DNA of 32,000 bases from an uncultured Parasphingopyxis sp. (GCF_937129435.1 NZ_CAKZNF010000018.1:24020-56019), one strand, 5' to 3'. Shown: positions 1 to 9,203, counted from the first letter of the stretch. Notes: generated from the sequence alone by a model not told the origin. Translations and numbers: made by a program.

Positions 1-528
1 GCGGTGAAAATCCGGCGCGAGGTCATCGGCAAAGTCGCAAATTGCGATCTCGTCGCGCAGGATCGCGGCAACGCGGGCGTCGAGCGACCGGTCGGCGAGC
101 TGGGCTTCCAGAGACGCGAGCTGTGCGATGACCGGTCCGTCCAGTTGCTCGCACATCGCCTCGACCACCCGTTCCACCGGAGGCCAGATGATCTTCCGGC
201 ATCGCCCCACCAGCGCCTCGCCCGCCTCGGTCAACGCCACGCGGCGTTCGCGCCGATCCGCCGCACGCTCCGAACGGACGAGACCGAGATCGGCAAGCTG
301 CCGGATCGATCGCGTCACGCCGGGCTGGCTCGTTCCCACGGCCTGGGCCAACGCGCCCACGGCCATGGGGCCGCCTTGCAGCGCAGCGATGAGCGGCATA
401 TGGGCCGGCTGGACCGGCATCCCGGTCCGCTCGATCACGCGCGCCGCACCCGCCTGGAACTGCTCCGCCAGCCGTTTCAGCCGGCTGCCCAGAAAGGCCG
501 GTCCCATCGCCGCAATCACGTCCGCCAT
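1..528 (-). CDS. MarR-family HTH transcriptional regulator, N-terminal part only (gene runs off the left edge; the distal residues look like the start of a fused GNAT-type domain)
   Basis: Absent from the ORF track because it has no stop in the window. Reverse-strand ATG at 526-528, open for all 176 codons to position 1: MADVIAAMGPAFLGSRLKRLAEQFQAGAARVIERTGMPVQPAHMPLIAALQGGPMAVGALAQAVGTSQPGVTRSIRQLADLGLVRSERAADRRERRVALTEAG, a typical MarR winged helix. High GC3. The + ORFs 4..678 and 128..550 are its antisense shadows. Confidence 0.75.
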   Translation of the reverse strand, partial: MADVIAAMGPAFLGSRLKRLAEQFQAGAARVIERTGMPVQPAHMPLIAALQGGPMAVGALAQAVGTSQPGVTRSIRQLADLGLVRSERAADRRERRVALTEAGEALVGRCRKIIWPPVERVVEAMCEQLDGPVIAQLASLEAQLADRSLDARVAAILRDEIAICDFADDLAPDFHR

Positions 529-592
529 CCGCTCAACCCCTATTACATAACACGTTATATTACATGCTATGTAGTCAGTGATCGGTCAAGCG
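529..592 (-). promoter_or_regulatory. AT-rich promoter/operator region upstream of the MarR gene
   Basis: Sharp local drop in G+C. TATTACAT direct repeat at 541-548 and 558-565. Inverted repeats ATAAC-ac-GTTAT (547-558) and TACAT-gct-ATGTA (561-573). MarR regulators usually bind palindromes in their own promoters. Confidence 0.3.
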
Positions 593-1279
593 CTAATCGG
601 CTCCATCCCGCAATCGCGCCGCCGCACGCTCCGCAGCCGCCTGCCGTTCGCCGGCAATACCGGCGAGGCGATCGTTGAGATAGGCGACGATCTTCGGGTC
701 CGCCTTGCCGGGCGATCCGCCGTCGAAAGGCGGTGCGGGATCGTACTCCATCGACAGCTGGATCGTGCGCGCCATCCGCTCGCCATGAAGTTGGGCGGCC
801 AGCGTCAGCGCGAAATCGATGCCGCTGGAGACGCCCGCGCCGGTGATTCGGTTGCGGTCGATGACGACGCGCTCACGCACCGGCTCGGCACCGAACAAGG
901 TGAGCTGATCGATCCATTGCCAGTGACTCGTAGCGCGATAGCCGGTGAGCAGGCCCGCGGCCGCCAGCACCAGCGATCCCGTGCACACCGAAGTGATCCA
1001 CTGCGCCCCTTCCGCCTGCCGCCGCAGAAAGGTGAGCGTCGCCTCGTCCTCCATTAGCGCCATCTGGCCGAAGCCGCCGGGGACGAACAGGATATCGGCA
1101 CGCGCGCAATGATCAAAATCGACCGTCGGCACGATCCTGAGGCCGTTGCCGTCGGTCACCGGATCGGTGGTCTTCCAGGCAAGGCTGATCTTGGTGTCGG
1201 GCATCCGCGCGAACACCTCGAACGGGCCGGTGAGGTCGAGCTGGGTGAATTGCGGAAAGACGAGCATGACGATGTGCAT
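593..1279 (-). CDS. DJ-1/PfpI family protein, isonitrile (isocyanide) hydratase-like
   Basis: Translation MHIVMLVFPQFTQLDLTGPFEVF...ITSVCTGSLVLAAAGLL...GAGVSSGIDFALTLAA...EYDPAPPFDGGSP has the nucleophile-elbow Cys and the C-terminal motif of the InhA-like DJ-1 subgroup. The ORF track starts at 1285, but AAGGAGA abuts that ATG. The second ATG (1277-1279) has 7-nt spacing, so it is preferred. Confidence 0.85.
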   Translation of the reverse strand: MHIVMLVFPQFTQLDLTGPFEVFARMPDTKISLAWKTTDPVTDGNGLRIVPTVDFDHCARADILFVPGGFGQMALMEDEATLTFLRRQAEGAQWITSVCTGSLVLAAAGLLTGYRATSHWQWIDQLTLFGAEPVRERVVIDRNRITGAGVSSGIDFALTLAAQLHGERMARTIQLSMEYDPAPPFDGGSPGKADPKIVAYLNDRLAGIAGERQAAAERAAARLRDGAD

Positions 1280-1413
1280 GGGCATTCTCCTTCGTTTCAG
1301 GTGATGCCCAGGCGATCGGCTGTCTTGGTCCGCGTTCCCCGATGGTGTCCCATCTCGAATCGCCAGTCGCGCGGACGGCGACCTTGTAGCAGATTACGAC
1401 CGATTCGGGAGGA

Positions 1414-4400
1414 TCAATAATCCCGGCTGATCTCGACGCTGGCGCCGGCGCGGCCGATCGAGCTGATCGTCGAAAGCAAGGAGAGCCAGCGCGTGACGCG
1501 GAATTCGACATCGGTCGCCGAATAGCCCTGCCCGTCGGTGATCACCTCGACATAGAGGTTGCGCGTCACATAAAGCCCGCCCGCGACCGCCGTCTCGCGG
1601 TCCTCTGCAGGGTCGGCGGGGAGCACGCGCAGCCGGTCGAGCCCAATCGCGTCGCGCACGGCGTTGATCGGATTGAGCCCGCCACCCCCGCCGCCCTGGA
1701 GCGAGGCAACCGCCGCGCCGAGCTGCAATGCCTCCGGCGCGGACAGGTTGGTGATCGAGGTACCGAAGAGCAGGCGGCTCAGCAATTCGCTCTGCGGCAG
1801 CGCGGGCGTGCTGGTGAAGGCGATTTCGGGCTCGCTCGCCGTGCCGCCGATATTGATCTGCGCGTTCAGCCCCTCGACGTCGCCGGCCGCGACGATGTCG
1901 AGCCCCGGATTGATCGGGCTGCTGCCGTAGAAATCGATCCGCCCTTCCTCGAGCTCGAAGCGCTTGCCGGCAAATTCATAGCCGCCGCGCACCAGGTCCA
2001 TCTGCCCCAGGATGCGGAAGTCGGCGACGCTGCCGGAGACCTCCAGATCGGCGCTCCACTCGCTGTCGAGACCGAGACCGCGGACGAGGAAACGGTTGCG
2101 CGCATCGACATCGATGGCGAGTTCCCAGTTGATCGGCGGCGGTGGCTCTACGGGCAGATCGCGGCGCGCGTTGATCTCCGTGACGTTGAGCTGCGGTACC
2201 GTCGTCGAAGGCGTAACGTTGCCGAGCTCGAAAATCCCCTCGATCAGGTCGAGATCGCCGGTGATGCTGCCCTGCGGAATCGCGGCTTCATTCCCCGCCA
2301 CCGTGCCGGGCGGCGCCTGCAGCGTGATCGCGATCGGACCCGAAACGCGAGCCGAGATGTCGTCGCGGCGCAGCAGCCAGGCCCCGTTCGCCTCGAGCCG
2401 GATATCCATGCCGAGGCCGCTGGCAAGGCCGAGATCGAACACCGCGCTGCCCGACAGCGTGCCGCCGCCCGGCGTCGCGCCCGTGAAGCTCGGCAGGCTG
2501 AAGCGCGAGCCGTCGAAAAAGCCCTCGGTTGTAATGCCGGTGACGACGGTGCCGGTCAGCCCGCTTTCGAGCCGCGCATTCTCGGTCCGGATCGATCCCG
2601 AATAGTTCGGGTTGTTGAGCGTTCCGCCGGCATCGGCCCGCGCGACGATCGGGCCGGAGATGCTGAACGCTTCATTGCCGGTCAGCTGCCAGATGGTTTC
2701 GGACGGGCCGCTGTAACGCAATTCGGCGAAGAGCGGAGCGGCGGCGATCTGCTCGCCGAAGCTGCCCGATCCCGAGAAGGGACTGAGCCGCACCTGGCCG
2801 CGCATCACCTCTTCGCCTTCGGTTTCCATGATCGCGCGCGCGGCGAGCTGGTCCTGCCGCAGCCGCGCGTTGATCCCGACATTCACCGGGCGCGGACGCA
2901 GCGCAAAGCCTTCGCGCGTCAGGCTGCGGATGCGGATTTCGGCATCGGCGGTCGGCACCGTTTCGCCCGGCGCGAGGCGGTAGGCCAGCGATCCCGTCAG
3001 CTCGCCACCGAAGCCGGTTTCCGGATAGAAGATGTCGATCAACGAAAGCGGCACCGCATCCATCGAGGCATCGACGACCGTCTCTTCGCCGATCCGGCCC
3101 GCGACGGTGGCGCCGCCTCCGGCATAGCGGATCGTCGATTCGTCGATCACCCAGTCATCGCCTTCGCGGCGGATGCGGACTTCGCTGAGCTCAATCGGTT
3201 CGCCTTCAAACTCGCCGCCGCCGTTGATCACGTACTGATCGGGCGCGAGTTCGGCATTGGCGGTGAAATCGAATTCGCGGCCTCGCGCGCCCGCGACGCT
3301 GATGGTCGCATCGCCATAGCCGCCGCGATAATCCACATTGCCTGCAAGCCGCGCGATCGAGAGGCTGCCGCGCGAGACGCCGACAGCCTGCACCGTCGCG
3401 GTGATCTGCGGCGCATCGTCGTAGAGCAGCACGTCGAGATCGAGCATGCCTTCGCGGATCGTCGTCGCAATCTCGCCGCCGAGTTGCGCCTCGTCCGCGG
3501 CAAGATCGACGCGCACCGCCTGCACGCCGCCCACCGGCTCGAGCACGATATCGCCGTCGAGGCCGCTGCCCGTCAGGTCGAACGCGCCGATAAACCCGTT
3601 TTCGGCGAGCGTCAGCTGACCCGTCGTCGTCGTATCGGCGACGAGCAGTTGCGCGACGTTCACCACCACATGCCCCTGTGTCGGCAAGGCAATCACGCCC
3701 TGCGAGGTGAAGGCGCCGGCGATCGAACTGCCCTCGGCCTGGTAGTTATAACCGGCGCGCGTCGGATCGAGATTGAGCGTCACGTCTTCGAGCCGTGCCG
3801 AGGGCAGCGGATTGGCAAGCGCCAGCGCGACGGCGGGCCGCGCGGCCGCGCCCTGCGCGCGCACGGTAAACGCGCCATATTGCGCCGAGCTGCCCGATCC
3901 CCGCAGATCGATCCGCCCGGCCTGGGTGTCGTAGCTGCCGCTGCCGGTGAAGTTCAGACCGGACGAGCGGACGCGCGCATTGGAGAAGCGGAAGCGCCCG
4001 TCGGTGCCATAGGCGAATTGTGCGTCGATGACCGGCAGGCTCTGCGTCAGGCCCTGGACGGTCCCGTTCTCGAGGCTGCGCGTCACGATCCGCGCATTGC
4101 CCGCAACCTCGAACCCGCCGCGCGCGCCGGGGCGTACATCGACGTCAGTCCGCAGGTCGACAAGGCCGAGACCGTCGACATAATAGTTGCGAATCTCCCC
4201 ATCGAGCCCGACGACATAGCGTCCGCTATCGAAATCGTAGACCGCAGAGGCCCTGCCGCTGACCCGGTCGGACCGGACGGCGACATCGTCGGCGACGATC
4301 TGTTCTTCGGTGATCATCAACACGCCGTCGACCGACAGATTGCCCAGCAGCTCTTCCGCCTCTGCCCCGGCACCGAAAACGCGGGTCGCGCGCGCCTGGA

Positions 4401-5661
4401 TCGGCAGCGCATAGGGCGGATCGCCGATCCGGCCCTCGCCCACCGCGACGAGGTTCTCGAAGCCCGTTTCGCCGAAGGCCGCGCGCGGCGCGGTCAGGCG
4501 GTAGTTGAACGAGGGCTGCGCATAGGGGCCGTTGAGCCGGAGCGTGAGGCGCACATTCTGTCCGCTCATATCCTCGGCCAGCGCCTGCGGTTCGAGCACG
4601 CGGATATCGGTGACGAGGCCGTCATAATGACCGTTGCCGAGATCGAGCGCGCCGCGCCCGTCGATCACCGCGGCGGCGGACCGGACGTTGAACTGCCCGG
4701 CGAGCCGCTGCTCCTCGAACGTCCCGCTAGCCGTCAGCATCACCTCGGGCGCGGTGAGCCGCCTGACGAGTCCGGGGTCGAAGATCGGCTGCGTCCGCAC
4801 GCGGCCGCCCAGCGTATATTCGCCGTCGCGCGCGGACAGGTCGAGCGCCATCACGCGCTGCTCGCCGCTATCGACGATCGCGCGGCCGTCCCAGCGTTCC
4901 CAGGCGCCTGATCCCGCGATGTCGATGGCCAGCGCGCGGCCGAAACCCGACAGCTCCGCGATCACCCCGTCTTCGGGCGCCGCCACCTGCAGGTCGATAT
5001 CGAAGACGTCGCCATCGGGTTCGGCATCGAGGACGAGCGCCAGCCGGTCTCCACCATCCACGGCACGCGCGTTGAGGTTCACCTGAGCGCGGCCGCCCCG
5101 GATATCCGCATTGCCCGCAATGGCGAGATCGCGCTGTTCGCCCGTGATCGCCTCGCCGAAGCGCATCCGTTCGATATCGAGTTCTCGCAGCAGGATATCG
5201 AAGCCCGGCAGCAGCGGCTGATCGGGGTCCTCCGACGGGATCAACGCCGGCGCACGGTGCAGGATCGCCAACTCGGACGACGCGCTTTCGATGTGGAGCC
5301 GGTTGCGGAAGAGATAGGCGAAGGGCCGCCAGTCGACGGTGATCTCGGGCGCCTCGAAGAACAGGCCGTCGGGATCGTAGAGCCGCAGGTCCGAAATCTG
5401 CATTTCGCCATAGATCGACCCGTCGATCCGGCCGATGCGGATGCGCATCCCGTTCGCCGGCTCCATCGCCTCGATCTGGTCGATGATGAAGCGGCGGCCC
5501 GGCGGCGTATCGAGCGCAAACAAGGCGACGATGATCAACCCGATCAGGCTGAGGAAACCGGCCAGCGTCCAGCGCTTCCAGCCCCAGCGCTTGCGGACGC
5601 GCACGCGCTCTTCGGTCGCTACCGGCTCAGCGTCGGTCAGGTCGCCCGGCTGGCTGGCCAT
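1414..5661 (-). CDS. tamB: Translocation and assembly module inner-membrane protein TamB (DUF490 family)
   Basis: 1415 aa. N-terminal membrane anchor (WTLAGFLSLIGLIIVALFAL), long beta-rich repeat body, and a C-terminus typical of TamB/DUF490 (...GLYVTRNLYVEVITDGQGYSATDVEFRVTRWLSLLSTISS). Its start overlaps the tamA stop as TGATG at 5659-5663. Confidence 0.9.
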   Translation of the reverse strand: MASQPGDLTDAEPVATEERVRVRKRWGWKRWTLAGFLSLIGLIIVALFALDTPPGRRFIIDQIEAMEPANGMRIRIGRIDGSIYGEMQISDLRLYDPDGLFFEAPEITVDWRPFAYLFRNRLHIESASSELAILHRAPALIPSEDPDQPLLPGFDILLRELDIERMRFGEAITGEQRDLAIAGNADIRGGRAQVNLNARAVDGGDRLALVLDAEPDGDVFDIDLQVAAPEDGVIAELSGFGRALAIDIAGSGAWERWDGRAIVDSGEQRVMALDLSARDGEYTLGGRVRTQPIFDPGLVRRLTAPEVMLTASGTFEEQRLAGQFNVRSAAAVIDGRGALDLGNGHYDGLVTDIRVLEPQALAEDMSGQNVRLTLRLNGPYAQPSFNYRLTAPRAAFGETGFENLVAVGEGRIGDPPYALPIQARATRVFGAGAEAEELLGNLSVDGVLMITEEQIVADDVAVRSDRVSGRASAVYDFDSGRYVVGLDGEIRNYYVDGLGLVDLRTDVDVRPGARGGFEVAGNARIVTRSLENGTVQGLTQSLPVIDAQFAYGTDGRFRFSNARVRSSGLNFTGSGSYDTQAGRIDLRGSGSSAQYGAFTVRAQGAAARPAVALALANPLPSARLEDVTLNLDPTRAGYNYQAEGSSIAGAFTSQGVIALPTQGHVVVNVAQLLVADTTTTGQLTLAENGFIGAFDLTGSGLDGDIVLEPVGGVQAVRVDLAADEAQLGGEIATTIREGMLDLDVLLYDDAPQITATVQAVGVSRGSLSIARLAGNVDYRGGYGDATISVAGARGREFDFTANAELAPDQYVINGGGEFEGEPIELSEVRIRREGDDWVIDESTIRYAGGGATVAGRIGEETVVDASMDAVPLSLIDIFYPETGFGGELTGSLAYRLAPGETVPTADAEIRIRSLTREGFALRPRPVNVGINARLRQDQLAARAIMETEGEEVMRGQVRLSPFSGSGSFGEQIAAAPLFAELRYSGPSETIWQLTGNEAFSISGPIVARADAGGTLNNPNYSGSIRTENARLESGLTGTVVTGITTEGFFDGSRFSLPSFTGATPGGGTLSGSAVFDLGLASGLGMDIRLEANGAWLLRRDDISARVSGPIAITLQAPPGTVAGNEAAIPQGSITGDLDLIEGIFELGNVTPSTTVPQLNVTEINARRDLPVEPPPPINWELAIDVDARNRFLVRGLGLDSEWSADLEVSGSVADFRILGQMDLVRGGYEFAGKRFELEEGRIDFYGSSPINPGLDIVAAGDVEGLNAQINIGGTASEPEIAFTSTPALPQSELLSRLLFGTSITNLSAPEALQLGAAVASLQGGGGGGLNPINAVRDAIGLDRLRVLPADPAEDRETAVAGGLYVTRNLYVEVITDGQGYSATDVEFRVTRWLSLLSTISSIGRAGASVEISRDY

Positions 5662-7712
5662 CAGAAGGCCTGGCCGAGAGAGACGTAGACGGCGACGACG
5701 GCGTCACCGGGCTGCGGGTTCAGCGGCGTACCGACATCGATCCGGATAGGCCCGAAATTGCTGTAATAGCGCAGCCCCAGCCCGGCGCCGAAGCGCAGGT
5801 TCGAGAAGTCGGGATAGATATCGTCATAGATCGCGCCGGCATCTATGAAGGGCACGATACCGAAATTGCCGAAGCGATAGCGGCCTTCGAGCGAAACTTC
5901 GAACAGGCTGCGGCCGCCGATCGGATCGTTATTGGCGTCGCGCGGGCCGATCGACTGATAGCTGTAGCCGCGCACCGATCCGCCGCCGCCGGCATAGAAG
6001 CGTCGCGACGGCGCGATCGACAGCGTCGTCGCCCCCGGCATCGATCCGACGCGCACGCGCCCCGCCAGCGTCAGCGCGTCGGTCGCGGGGAAATAGAAAC
6101 TGCCGTCGAGCTGCACCCTCGCATAGCCGACGAACCCGTCCTCCAACGATGCCTCGGGCGAGATGAAGGCGCCGAGGCGGAAACCCTGTTCGGGATTGAG
6201 CAGATCGTTGGTGCTGTCGAAATTGAGCCCGAGCGGCAATGCGGCAATGAAGAAGGTCCGGCGCCCGACCTGACCCGCCGGGCCCACGATATCGCGCTCG
6301 TCCGACGCCAGCAATTCGGCGCCAACCGACCAGTACCAGTCCTTCTGCCAGAGCTGGTTGGTAATGCGCGCGAAGCTCGCGGTGAAGCCGGCGGTGCGGG
6401 CGTCATAGGCATCGCGGTTCAGATTGTTGGCGTAGATTTGCGCCGTCAGCACCTGGTCTCGCGCGAGAAAATTGTTGCGGCGGAAAGCGATGCTGGCGAG
6501 CTGCTCCTCGGTGCCGGCAATGCCGCGGATCGTCAGCGCGCCTTCGGGGCGGAACAGGTTGCGGTGCTCCCAGCTCGCCTCGACCCGGGCGCCGCGCCCG
6601 GTGTCGTAGCCGAGCGAACCGGCCACGGTGCGCGGCGGCGCCGGCTCCATCGCGACGGCGATATCGACGAGTTCGCCATTGCCGGCATCGACCGGCGTCA
6701 GTTCGACGCGCGAGATCAGGCCGGTCTGGATGAGCGCCCGGCGCAGGTCGTCGACCATCCCGGTCGAATAGAGTTCCCCCTGGCGGAAACGCGCGATCGT
6801 CGCGACATGCTCGGCGCCAAAGATCGCCTCCTCGCCCTCGGTGACGCGGATCGAGCCGAAATCGCGCTCGCCGCCCGGATCGACGGGCTGGGTCAGGATG
6901 GCGATGCGGTTGGCGTGGTCGACGACCACCTCTTCCTCGCCAACCCGGGCGAAGGGATAGCCGCGGTTGCCGAGTTCGGTGCTGAGCCGCGCCTGTTGCG
7001 TCGTCACCGTTGCGGCATCGACCGGATCCTCGGCCTCGACGTCGAACTGGGCGCGCAGTTCATCGGTCCGCTCGCCCGCCGACGCGAGGCCCGGCAGTTC
7101 GACGCGCTCGAAGCGATAGAGCGGGCCGGTTTCGATATCGAAGACGACATCGACGCCGTCACCTCCCTGCTCGCCGACGATATCGGCGGCCACCTGTGCA
7201 TCATAATAACCATGCGAGCGCAGGATCTGGCGCATCAGCTCGATATCGGTCTCGGTACGGCGATCGATCTGGGCGACGACAGCCGGATCGCCGTCATTCT
7301 CGCGCAGGACGGAGAGCGCGTTGAACTGGGTGCGAATATCGTCTTCGTCCTCGCCCTCAAGGTCCGCGAGCCCGTTGAGTACGACCTCGTAGCGCTGTTC
7401 GGCATTGAAGGCGGTCGCAGTCTCGGCATCGCCGACGACGCTGTCGCCGACCTCCGACATATCCGGCCATTCGACGCCGAAATTCGCGACATCGGTCAAC
7501 GGCGCGGCGGCGCCCAGTTCATCGGCGCGATCGAGCGGGCCCAGTTCATTGGTGTTGAGCGACTGGACCTCTTCGGCGACCTCTTCCTCCACCTCTTCGG
7601 CGGCGTCGCTTTGGGCTCCCGTCTGCGCGGCAAGCGGGTACGGCGCGGCAAGCGCGCACAGCGTGGCGAGCGGCCCGAAAAACGCCCGGCCCGGCTTCGG
7701 CAACCCGGTCAT
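5661..7712 (-). CDS. tamA: Outer-membrane Omp85-family protein TamA (autotransporter assembly complex)
   Basis: 683 aa. Signal peptide (...LCALAAPYPLAAQ), POTRA-like N-terminal part, C-terminal beta-barrel ending in ...GDAVVAVYVSLGQAF (terminal aromatic). Translationally coupled to tamB. Confidence 0.9.
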   Translation of the reverse strand: MTGLPKPGRAFFGPLATLCALAAPYPLAAQTGAQSDAAEEVEEEVAEEVQSLNTNELGPLDRADELGAAAPLTDVANFGVEWPDMSEVGDSVVGDAETATAFNAEQRYEVVLNGLADLEGEDEDDIRTQFNALSVLRENDGDPAVVAQIDRRTETDIELMRQILRSHGYYDAQVAADIVGEQGGDGVDVVFDIETGPLYRFERVELPGLASAGERTDELRAQFDVEAEDPVDAATVTTQQARLSTELGNRGYPFARVGEEEVVVDHANRIAILTQPVDPGGERDFGSIRVTEGEEAIFGAEHVATIARFRQGELYSTGMVDDLRRALIQTGLISRVELTPVDAGNGELVDIAVAMEPAPPRTVAGSLGYDTGRGARVEASWEHRNLFRPEGALTIRGIAGTEEQLASIAFRRNNFLARDQVLTAQIYANNLNRDAYDARTAGFTASFARITNQLWQKDWYWSVGAELLASDERDIVGPAGQVGRRTFFIAALPLGLNFDSTNDLLNPEQGFRLGAFISPEASLEDGFVGYARVQLDGSFYFPATDALTLAGRVRVGSMPGATTLSIAPSRRFYAGGGGSVRGYSYQSIGPRDANNDPIGGRSLFEVSLEGRYRFGNFGIVPFIDAGAIYDDIYPDFSNLRFGAGLGLRYYSNFGPIRIDVGTPLNPQPGDAVVAVYVSLGQAF

Positions 7713-7815
7713 GCGGGTTCGATAGCTGCAATGCAGGAGCCGCGCTAGGGCGAATTAGCGCTCTTTTTGGCGTTGAAGACGAAAATTTCCGAGGCGCGAG
7801 AAAGACTTGGGGCGA

Positions 7816-8028
7816 TCAGTGGATCGTGCCGATCACGTCGTCCGATCCCATGATTGCGACGAACCGCTCGATCTGCCGCCAGCGGCAGAAATGGATGACA
7901 TTGCCGAGGTCGCGGCTGCGGTCCGCCCGCGCCGATGCCTCGGCGGGCGCGGCATGGCCATATTCGTCGAGCAGTTGCGTCGCCAGCTCGGCCGCCTGGC
8001 GGTCGGCGATATACACAATGTCGTCCAT
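7816..8028 (-). CDS. Small conserved hypothetical protein (70 aa)
   Basis: Internal ATG (8026-8028) of track ORF 7816..8307: MDDIVYIADRQAAELATQLLDEYGHAAPAEASARADRSRDLGNVIHFCRWRQIERFVAIMGSDDVIGTIH. Good GC3. The longer N-terminal extension is Pro/Arg-rich and unlikely to be real. Confidence 0.5.
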   Translation of the reverse strand: MDDIVYIADRQAAELATQLLDEYGHAAPAEASARADRSRDLGNVIHFCRWRQIERFVAIMGSDDVIGTIH

Positions 8029-8203
8029 GGATGGGGCTCTCGATCTGGGGGCGTGCGGCCCGATTGCGCGGTGATGGGCGGATAGCAGCGACACCTTAAC
8101 GGCAGGCCGCGCGAAACTGGTCAACCGATCGTTAGGTGTAATTTGCGCCGCCAACCAAACCGGCGGATGACAGCGCCGCCCGGCAATGCCATAGGCCCGG
8201 CCC

Positions 8204-8374
8204 ATGGAAGAACGCAGCGGATCAAAGGTCGCCGGCGGCGGCATATTCATCGCAATGGGCGTCATCGGCGGCGTGATCGCCGGCGCCGCGCTGGGCCAGC
8301 CGAGCATCGGGTTTCTGGCGGGGCTGGGGATCGGCGTGGCCCTGGCGGTCCTGACCTGGCTGATGACGCGTTAG
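8204..8374 (+). CDS. Small predicted membrane protein (56 aa), below the ORF-track size cut-off
   Basis: ATG 8204, TAG 8372-8374: MEERSGSKVAGGGIFIAMGVIGGVIAGAALGQPSIGFLAGLGIGVALAVLTWLMTR. Two Gly-rich hydrophobic helices and strong GC3 bias. The overlapping track ORF 8143..8379 is an Arg-rich frame shadow. Confidence 0.45.
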   Translation: MEERSGSKVAGGGIFIAMGVIGGVIAGAALGQPSIGFLAGLGIGVALAVLTWLMTR

Positions 8375-8400
8375 TTTGACAGACCTCGCCTTCGGCTCGG

Positions 8401-8486
8401 CGCCGCACCAGCCCGCACCCCCACCCGGCCTCCCATTGATTATATCCTAGATGGGAGGCCGGGTGGGGGTGCGGGCTGGTGCGGCG
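8401..8486. repeat. Perfect 36-bp inverted repeat with a 14-nt AT-rich loop (very long hairpin; REP/MITE-like element or bidirectional terminator)
   Basis: 8401-8436 CGCCGCACCAGCCCGCACCCCCACCCGGCCTCCCAT is the exact reverse complement of 8451-8486. Loop is TGATTATATCCTAG. It lies between convergent genes ending at 8374 and 8516. Confidence 0.9.
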
Positions 8487-8515
8487 ATTTTCCGCCAGGA
8501 AAATTTTGACGACAA

Positions 8516-9193
8516 TCACGCGATCTTCCGCCCCGCCCAGACCACGCGGCCGATCACATTCACATCGCCGGGCCCGCAATCGGGCCAGTCGGGATAGCCG
8601 GGATTGTCGCTCTTGATCGTGAAGCGCCGCGTGCCGCGCTGGCGCGCCGGGTTCATCGCGATCCGCTTGACGATCAGCGCATCGTCCTGCCGCAGCACAT
8701 AGATACCGTCGCGCAGCCGCTCGGCCCCGTCGCCCCGGTCGACGAGGATCTCATCGCCGTCCGATAGCACCGGCTCCATCGAATCGCCTTGCACCGCGAT
8801 GATCGAGAGCTCGTTCGGGTCGCTCGCCGCCATGTCGCGCAACCAACGCTTCGGAAAGGCGATCCGCGACAGCTCCGCCTCTTCCTCGGCCAGCGCCCCT
8901 GCCCCCGCCGACGCCCCGACGGCGTAACGCGCGACCGCGGTCAGGTCGCCGCCGAAATCTCCCGGGGTCACACGGCTTGCTCGCTCCGGCGCGCCAAGCA
9001 CGCTTTCCGCGACGCCGAAATATTCGGCGAGCACGCGCCTGTCGTCCTCGGCCAGCTTCTTCGGCGTCCCGCGCCGGATGAACTGCTGCACATAGGCCGG
9101 GTTGCGCCCGATCAGCCGCGACAGCGCGGAAAGATCGTCGCCGCGTTCGCCCGCCAGCCGTTCGAGCGCCTGTCTCGGGGTCTCCTCCACCAT
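8516..9193 (-). CDS. CI/LexA-like repressor: N-terminal HTH plus C-terminal S24 self-cleaving peptidase domain
   Basis: 225 aa. HTH-like LSALSRLIGRNPAYVQQFIRRG, Ala-Gly-rich linker (VGASAGAGAL), S24 Ser motif VQGDSMEP and Lys motif ALIVKRI. Confidence 0.85.
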   Translation of the reverse strand: MVEETPRQALERLAGERGDDLSALSRLIGRNPAYVQQFIRRGTPKKLAEDDRRVLAEYFGVAESVLGAPERASRVTPGDFGGDLTAVARYAVGASAGAGALAEEEAELSRIAFPKRWLRDMAASDPNELSIIAVQGDSMEPVLSDGDEILVDRGDGAERLRDGIYVLRQDDALIVKRIAMNPARQRGTRRFTIKSDNPGYPDWPDCGPGDVNVIGRVVWAGRKIA

Positions 9194-9203
9194 GGCGCCA
9201 ATA

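Noticed and set aside
4-678. Track ORFs 4..678 (+, 224 aa) and 128..550 (+)
   Set aside because: Arg/His/Pro-rich translations with no recognisable family. The opposite strand encodes a clear MarR winged-helix protein with proper GC3 bias, so these are antisense shadows.
3484-4911. 475-aa + ORF inside tamB, and other + ORFs between 1664 and 5749
   Set aside because: They are antisense to a 1415-aa ORF with TamB features. The composition is Arg/Ala/Gly-rich, typical of high-GC shadow frames.
6438-7748. 436-aa + ORF opposite tamA
   Set aside because: Antisense shadow. tamA has a signal peptide, POTRA/barrel organisation and a terminal Phe.
7742-7768. Short hairpin GCGCTA-gggcgaat-TAGCGC followed by TCTTTTT on the plus strand
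   Set aside because: It looks like a weak intrinsic terminator. However, no plus-strand gene or convincing sRNA promoter lies upstream, and the stem is only 6 bp.
8091-8139. Imperfect inverted repeat ACACCTTAACG ... CGTTAGGTGT in the divergent region between the two small ORFs
   Set aside because: It needs an indel to pair and has a spacer of about 28 nt. There is no match to a motif I can name, so it is too weak to call.
8262-8579. 105-aa minus ORF spanning the 36-bp hairpin
   Set aside because: It is generated by translating both arms of the palindrome (PHPHPASHLG...WEAGWGCG). It overlaps the repressor 3' end and is not credible coding sequence.
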